Source of the DNA: Octopus vulgaris
Lineage: Eukaryota
Assembly: GCA_951406725.2 (NCBI GenBank)
Contig: OX597835.1
Location: 25,606,001-25,670,000 of the forward strand
DNA length: 64,000 bases
Direction: 5' to 3'
Positions within the stretch are counted from its first letter, which is position 1; every line of letters starts with the position of its first letter. Under the pieces are notes generated by a model. It did not search any database. It had not been told where the DNA came from and was given only the letters and a program-made list of their open reading frames with translations. Shown here piece after piece: positions 57,607 to 64,000 of the stretch. A program made the position numbers and the translations under genes.

Positions 57607-57991
57607 TTTTCTTACTCTGATGTCATTGTGACAGCGCTCACAGAGAAACAAGCAACATCCATTTAATGTGAAACCGCAATATATAGGTGACGTCACTCCA
57701 TACGGTCTCGTGGAATTTTAACCTCAGCGTCATCTCATTTACTTTTTCTCCGTACTTATATACAACAGTTCCATTATATAATTATAGAAAAAAACTCCAC
57801 ATTCCATTGCTTAGTCTCTTGTCGCTCATGGAATTATTTTTGCTCTCTCAGCATCTGCTCAAAAAGCTCCTCATTTTAAATTAACTAATATGTAATATGA
57901 ATTAAAACATTTATGCGCGGTCGATTTGTTCGATTAAAACCTTTTAAGGTGGTACTCCAGCATGGCCTCAGTTGAAGAAACCTTCAACAGA

Positions 57992-58550
57992 AGCACGTGG
58001 ATTAATGTTTGATGTAGACACATGTGAGTGAATATTTAATGGAGGCACATTTGGATTAATGTCTGATGTGGAGACATGGTTGAATCTTCAATGAAGGCAC
58101 ATGTGGCTTAATGTTTAATGTGGACACATGTAGTTGATATTTCAATGGAGACACATGTGGATTACTGTTTGATGTGGGCACATGTAAGGGAATCTTTAAC
58201 AGAGGCACATGTGGATTAATGTTTGATGTAGACACATGTAGGCGGATCTTTAATGGATGCACATGTGGATTAATGTTTGATGTAGACGCATGTGGACGAA
58301 TCTTCAATGGAGGCGCATATGGATTAATGTTTGATGTGGTCACATGTCTGTGAATATTCAATCAAGGCATATGTGGATTAATGTTTGAAGTAGACGCATA
58401 TAGGTAAATCTTCATGTGGATTAATGTTTGATGTGGTCACATGTGGGTGAATATTCAATGAAGGCATATGTGGATTAATGTTTGATGTAGACGCATATAG
58501 GTAAATCTTCATATGGATTAATGTTTGATGTCGAAAAATATGGGTGAATC
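57992..58550. repeat. 54-bp (2 x 27) minisatellite rich in CACATGTG
   Basis: About ten units of GCACATGTGGATTAATGTTTGATGTAGACACATGTAGGCGGATCTTTAATGGAT-like sequence. Confidence 0.9.
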
Positions 58551-59414
58551 TTGGGTTGAATCTATACGGATGACTATTTCGTGTAGACTAGGCACAGGCA
58601 ACCTTTCTCGAGAATCGGCCTGAACGAGACATGCCAAAGTATTAGGCATGCTGTACTACTAAAAACATTTTCGTTAATTTTTCGTTTTAGTGTTATTCAG
58701 AAAGTCCTGTGGGCCGCGTTTTGCCTATGACTGGCGGTGCATGTGACATGGATATCTTTTGTGGGAACACGTGACAGAGGTGTCTTTCTTTTTGCGGGAA
58801 TACACGTGATAAAAATACATTTGGTGAAATATACACGTGGTAAATATGAAAGTTACACGCATAAGTGCGAGAACGAAATTTGCTCAGAAGATGCAAACCC
58901 AAGGCCAAAATGTTTTTAAAAAAGGGAATCAAGTTTTTCAATCTTTATAATCAAAACAAACCGATGCTGGTGTGTTTACATCCCCGTCACTTAGCGGTTC
59001 GGCAAAAAGAGACCGATAGAATAAGTACTGGGCTTACAAAAAGAATAAGACCCGGGGTCGAGTTGCTCGACTATAGGCGGTGCTCCAGCATGGCCGCAGT
59101 CAAATGACTGAAACAAGTAAAAGAGTAAAAGAGAGTAAAGAGTATAGATATAATAATCCTGTCTATTTTAGGCACAAGGCCAGAAGTTTGGAACAGGGGA
59201 CTAGTCGATTTCCTTAAACCCAAGTGTGTGATAAGTATTTAATTTATCGACCCCGAAAGGATGAAAGGTAAAGTCGACCCCGGTGGAATTTGAACTTAGA
59301 ACTTATTTATCCCACCCGCCGAAAATTTAGGAGGTGCGTTTGCATCCCTAGCACCCGCTGTTCTCAAGTTAGTGGCTATTTGTCTTCATTGAGACCACAA
59401 GTGATTGACGTTCT

Positions 59415-59562
59415 TATTTCTTTATTGCCCACAAGGGGCTAAACATAGAGGGGACAAACGAGGACAGACAGAGGAATTAGATCGATTACATCGACCCCAG
59501 TGTGTAACTGGTACTTAATTTATCGACCCCGAAAGGATGACAGGCAAAGTCGACCTCGACTT
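59415..59562 (-). mobile_element. 5'-truncated SINE B with perfect 13-bp TSD
   Basis: TGATTGACGTTCT at 59402-59414 and 59563-59575. Confidence 0.85.
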
Positions 59563-59589
59563 TGATTGACGTTCTATTGGCGGGAGCAC

Positions 59590-60185
59590 ATAGGAGCTGT
59601 TTTTTGAGAAACTATATGTGATGAAGTTGAACTGGTAATAACTGCATGCTAGAGATGTCTTTGCTGCAGGATACATGTAATGGAGTTAACTTCACTGTTG
59701 GGTACATGTGACTGTTGGGACTTTGATGTGGGACATATGTGATGGAGGGGATTTAGTGTGGGATACATGTGATGGGGGAGATTTTAGTGAGGGTATGTAA
59801 GGCGCAAGTAACTTTAATGTGGGACACATGCGACAGAGGTGACTTCAATGTGGACTATATAAAAGTGAATTTGGTGTGGACTACATGTAATGGATGTGAC
59901 TTTGGAGGAGGCCATGCTGCGGAGGCGACATTTTGTATGGGGTACATAAAAGAGAGGTGACTTTAGAGTGGGAGTACATGTACGGAGGCAACTTTGGCGT
60001 GAGATACATGTGGTAGAAACGACTTTGGTGTTGGCTACATGTAACGAAGGAGACTCTGGCGAGGAATGCATGAGAAAGAAGTGACTTTAGTGTGGGACTT
60101 ATAGGTGAAGGTGATTTTGGTGTCAACAGCATTTGACGGAGCTCAATTTGATGTTGGATACTTACGATGGAAGAGAGTTTGGCGG
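59590..60185. repeat. Degenerate ~31-bp minisatellite
   Basis: Units like GGGATACATGTGATGGAGGTGACTTTGATGT. Confidence 0.8.
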
Positions 60186-60574
60186 CAGTTACAACAGTCA
60201 CCATAGCAACGACTGAAGCTCTTGTTAATGTTGAAGTAATTTTCAGTCGTGAAAGAAAAGCTGAATCTCTGTGAAGTAGTTTTGATAATTATATGAAAGC
60301 CACAAGAATGGTAACTAGCAGAATCTTATTCACTTGGTTTACCAAACATGATAACAGTTACAAAGAAATCTAATGAAATTCCCATCCTCATCCACCACCA
60401 TTCCTCTTTGCATTTTTATCTCACGCATACATAGATACATACATATTTTCTCCCTTGCATACAAAACACATACACACAGACGGACGTTTATATACATTGC
60501 ATGAATGCCGTAATTAGACGAATTAAGATGTGCTTTCTGAAGTGCATATTTGTCTCCATGTATGACTCTGTGTG

Positions 60575-60676
<102 letters not shown>

Positions 60677-60963
60677 ACATATACATATATATTCATATAT
60701 ACATACATATATGTATTTATATATATACACACATATATATTTATATATGTTTATATATACACATATACATATATATATATACCTAAATATACATATATAC
60801 ATATATATATATATACATATATATATATACGTATATATATATACATATACATATACATAAACATTCATATATGTATTTATATATATACACACATATATAA
60901 ATACATATATATCTATATATTTATTTATATTTATATATATCAATATCTATCTACCTCTGTCTG

Positions 60964-61036
<73 letters not shown>

Positions 61037-61119
61037 TTGTATGTACGTATGTATATAATTGTATATACGCATATATAGTCACTACCCTCTGTCACTTTTT
61101 GTGATCTCTATTAATTTTG

Positions 61120-61169
<50 letters not shown>

Positions 61170-61271
61170 AATATTGTGATATTTAGAGAAGATTCAATCT
61201 TCAGACGTTCTTCATGTCAAACGCAATCTTTGATTACGACAAACAGTACAGAATTGACGTGTTGTCTGAAC

Positions 61272-61367
<96 letters not shown>

Positions 61368-61618
61368 GTGAACTGATGACGTAGCTCGCTGGCGATGACA
61401 TTGATGGTGATGATGATACTAGTGATGATGGTTATGGCAAGAATAATGATAGGCTGTGTAACGATTCAATGGCGGCCATGGTGACGGCAGAAGTAGTTGT
61501 AATGGCGGCCGGCTATCGATAAACGTTTTAAGGGCAAACTACATTTCTTATTAAAGCGAGTGAAACATATAATTTAAGGAGTGTTATCATTACTGTCAAT
61601 CAGTGATGAAAACAGAAC

Positions 61619-61745
<127 letters not shown>

Positions 61746-62053
61746 CGACGATGATGATGATGTTGATTGATGTTGATAACTTTTCTTATATTTGCCATAA
61801 GGATGGGTGAGGGACGAATAGTACATCACAAAGGACCTTAGGAATCAAGACCGTTCTGGTGGTGGTGGTGATAAGGTTCTCGTTGAGTTGTGTATGATGT
61901 AAAAAAGCACAAAATAACGGAAGCAAAGAATGTACACACAAACACACGTACAGTAAACTTCACAGAGGGCCGCAACAGTATCAACAACACGACTAACAGT
62001 GACATCAGCAACAGCGGTGACAACGGTGGCAATAACAACAACAACAACAACTG

Positions 62054-62110
<57 letters not shown>

Positions 62111-62999
62111 TGATGGCAGCAACGTAGGCGAACACACAAACACAGAGGGATACAAGAACTGTACCAAATTTCGGGTCCATGGATTGCAGCAGCGACATAG
62201 TGCTAAAAACAATGACACACACATACACATATATACACACATACACTAACACGGACGCAAACGCATGTGCATGTAAGGATACACATCCTAGTAGAACAGA
62301 ATGAAATAAGTGGAGCAAGAGCACACACGAAGACGGAAAGTGTTGCTGAAGAGGTCACAGATGTGTGACGAAAGATTTCGGACAATGGACATAAGATTAG
62401 TTGTAATACAAGTGAAGAACGAACATATATATTGCGTGTGCTTATTTGGCAAAAAAAAAAATGACCAGGTATAGCTGTGTGGTAAGTAGCTTGATTACCA
62501 ACCACATGGTTCCGGGTTCAGTCCCACTGCGTGACACCTTGGGCAGGTGTCTTCTACTATAGCCTCGGGCCTATCAAAGCCTTGTGAGTGCTGACTCTAA
62601 ATTCAATAGGAAATCTGTTGAGATAAACTTAAAGGTAATTGTATCGCATTGCTAACACGAAAGGAGGACTCTGTATTGAATTATAAACCTTTCATATACT
62701 TGGTAGTATATTATGATTGCAAAATGAAATACCGTAACCCAACCATCAATTAATATTATGTTAGTAAATTTAAGGCGGTGAGCTGGTAGAATCGTTAGCA
62801 CACCGGGCAAATTGTTTAGCGACATTTCGTTCGTTTTTACATTCTGAGTTCAAATTCCGCCGAGGTCGAATTTGCCTTGCATCCTTTCGGAGTCGATCAA
62901 TAAGTACCAGTTGAATATTGGGGTTGATGTAATCGACATACTCCGTCCCACGAAATTGCTGGCTTTGTGTCAAAGTGTGAAAGTAATATTACGTGAGAC

Positions 63000-63407
63000 A
63001 AGGTGCATCCGAGAAGAGCCGAGACTTTTTCAGAAGAGACATTTATTAATTTCAGACAAGTACAAGATTCTAACTTCCTGCAAAGTAGGGTCCTCTGATT
63101 TCAACACGCTTGCTGTAGCGCCCCAGCTACTTCGAGAAGGGCCTATGGAAGCCCTCCAAAGAGAAGGGGTTCAGGACCACTGTCAATGTCTTCAGAATGA
63201 CTCTCTCTTTTACTCTTTTACTTGTTTAAGTCATTTGACTGCGGTCATGCTGGAGCACCGCCTTTTTTAGTCGAGCAAATCGACCCCAGGATTTATTCTT
63301 TGGAAGCCTAGTACTTATTCTATCGGTCTCTTTTGCCGAACCGCTAAGTTTCGGGGGCGTAAACACACCTGCATCGGTTGTCAAGCGATGTTGGGGGTAC
63401 AAACACA

Positions 63408-63487
<80 letters not shown>

Positions 63488-64000
63488 TATATACGAGGGC
63501 TTCTTTTAGTTTCCGCCTACCAAATCCACTCACAAGGCTTTGGTCGGCCCGAGGCTATAGTAGAAGACACTTGCCCAAGGTGTCACGCAGTAAGAATGAA
63601 CCCGGAACCATGTGCTTGATAAGCAAGCTACTTACCACACAGCCACTCCTGCGACTGTTCCTGAGGTTCTCTTTTGTCAACCAAAAGACAATGGGAGTAA
63701 CGTCAGGACTCGCAGGGAGGGCGAGGGACAGTTTTGGAACCCATCTCCGTCAAGTAGTTGGTTACAATGATGCTCGTTACCGAGTACTCAGGAGCAAATT
63801 TTGCACAAATTTCGCACTCGTTCAGATGTTCATGAATAATTCTGTATACAGTTGCAACACCAACTCCAAATTCTATACTTATTGTCTTTATGGACACACG
63901 ACGGTCTTCAGCCTGAAAACTGCGAATGTTCTCAATCAACTCTGACGTTTTGACGTTCTTCGCTTCCAACACCTCACTATCGTCTCTCATCTCCTCTCTA
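63000..64000 (-). mobile_element. mariner transposase remnant interrupted by SINE A (63201-63654)
   Basis: EDRRVSIKTISIEFGVGVATVYRIIHEHLNECEICAKFAP HTH/linker, and C-terminal R.SKRVEIRGPYF near 63090-63140. Confidence 0.8.

Noticed and set aside
58056-58361. ORF with 18-aa NINPHV repeats; CRISPR-like periodicity
   Set aside because: Consequence of a 54-bp minisatellite; the intervening parts are homologous rather than unique spacers; eukaryotic context with no cas genes.

Overview
Eukaryotic, AT-rich, microsatellite-saturated genomic DNA. The SINE families and repeat landscape point to an octopod cephalopod (inference). Two spliced protein-coding genes lie back to back. (1) The first two coding exons of TRMT112 on the minus strand (3578-3655, 704-805); the gene runs off the left edge. 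(2) A SLC23/NAT (nucleobase-ascorbate transporter) gene on the plus strand. I could splice nine of its exons in frame with GT-AG boundaries (18139-57168, 655 codons); the C-terminal exons were not found in the window. The rest is transposon debris and simple repeats: tRNA-derived SINEs, a Merlin transposase relic plus MITEs, hAT, Tc1, maT and mariner elements, Dong/R4-like and RTE LINE ends, a Helitron-like element, an LTR-like element and Penelope-like fragments. Nearly all of the supplied ORF track is microsatellite noise. Most notable observations: a set of type I hammerhead ribozyme folds with unusually long stem II and palindromic stem III, on the sense strand of the transporter introns; a transporter whose QH, TM8 Glu and NAT-signature residues are all substituted; a SINE that recurrently joins into other copies of itself at one fixed nucleotide; a palindromic twin-tRNA element; and an LTR-like element carrying a long heat-shock-element array. 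All coordinates were read by eye and no database searches were run.
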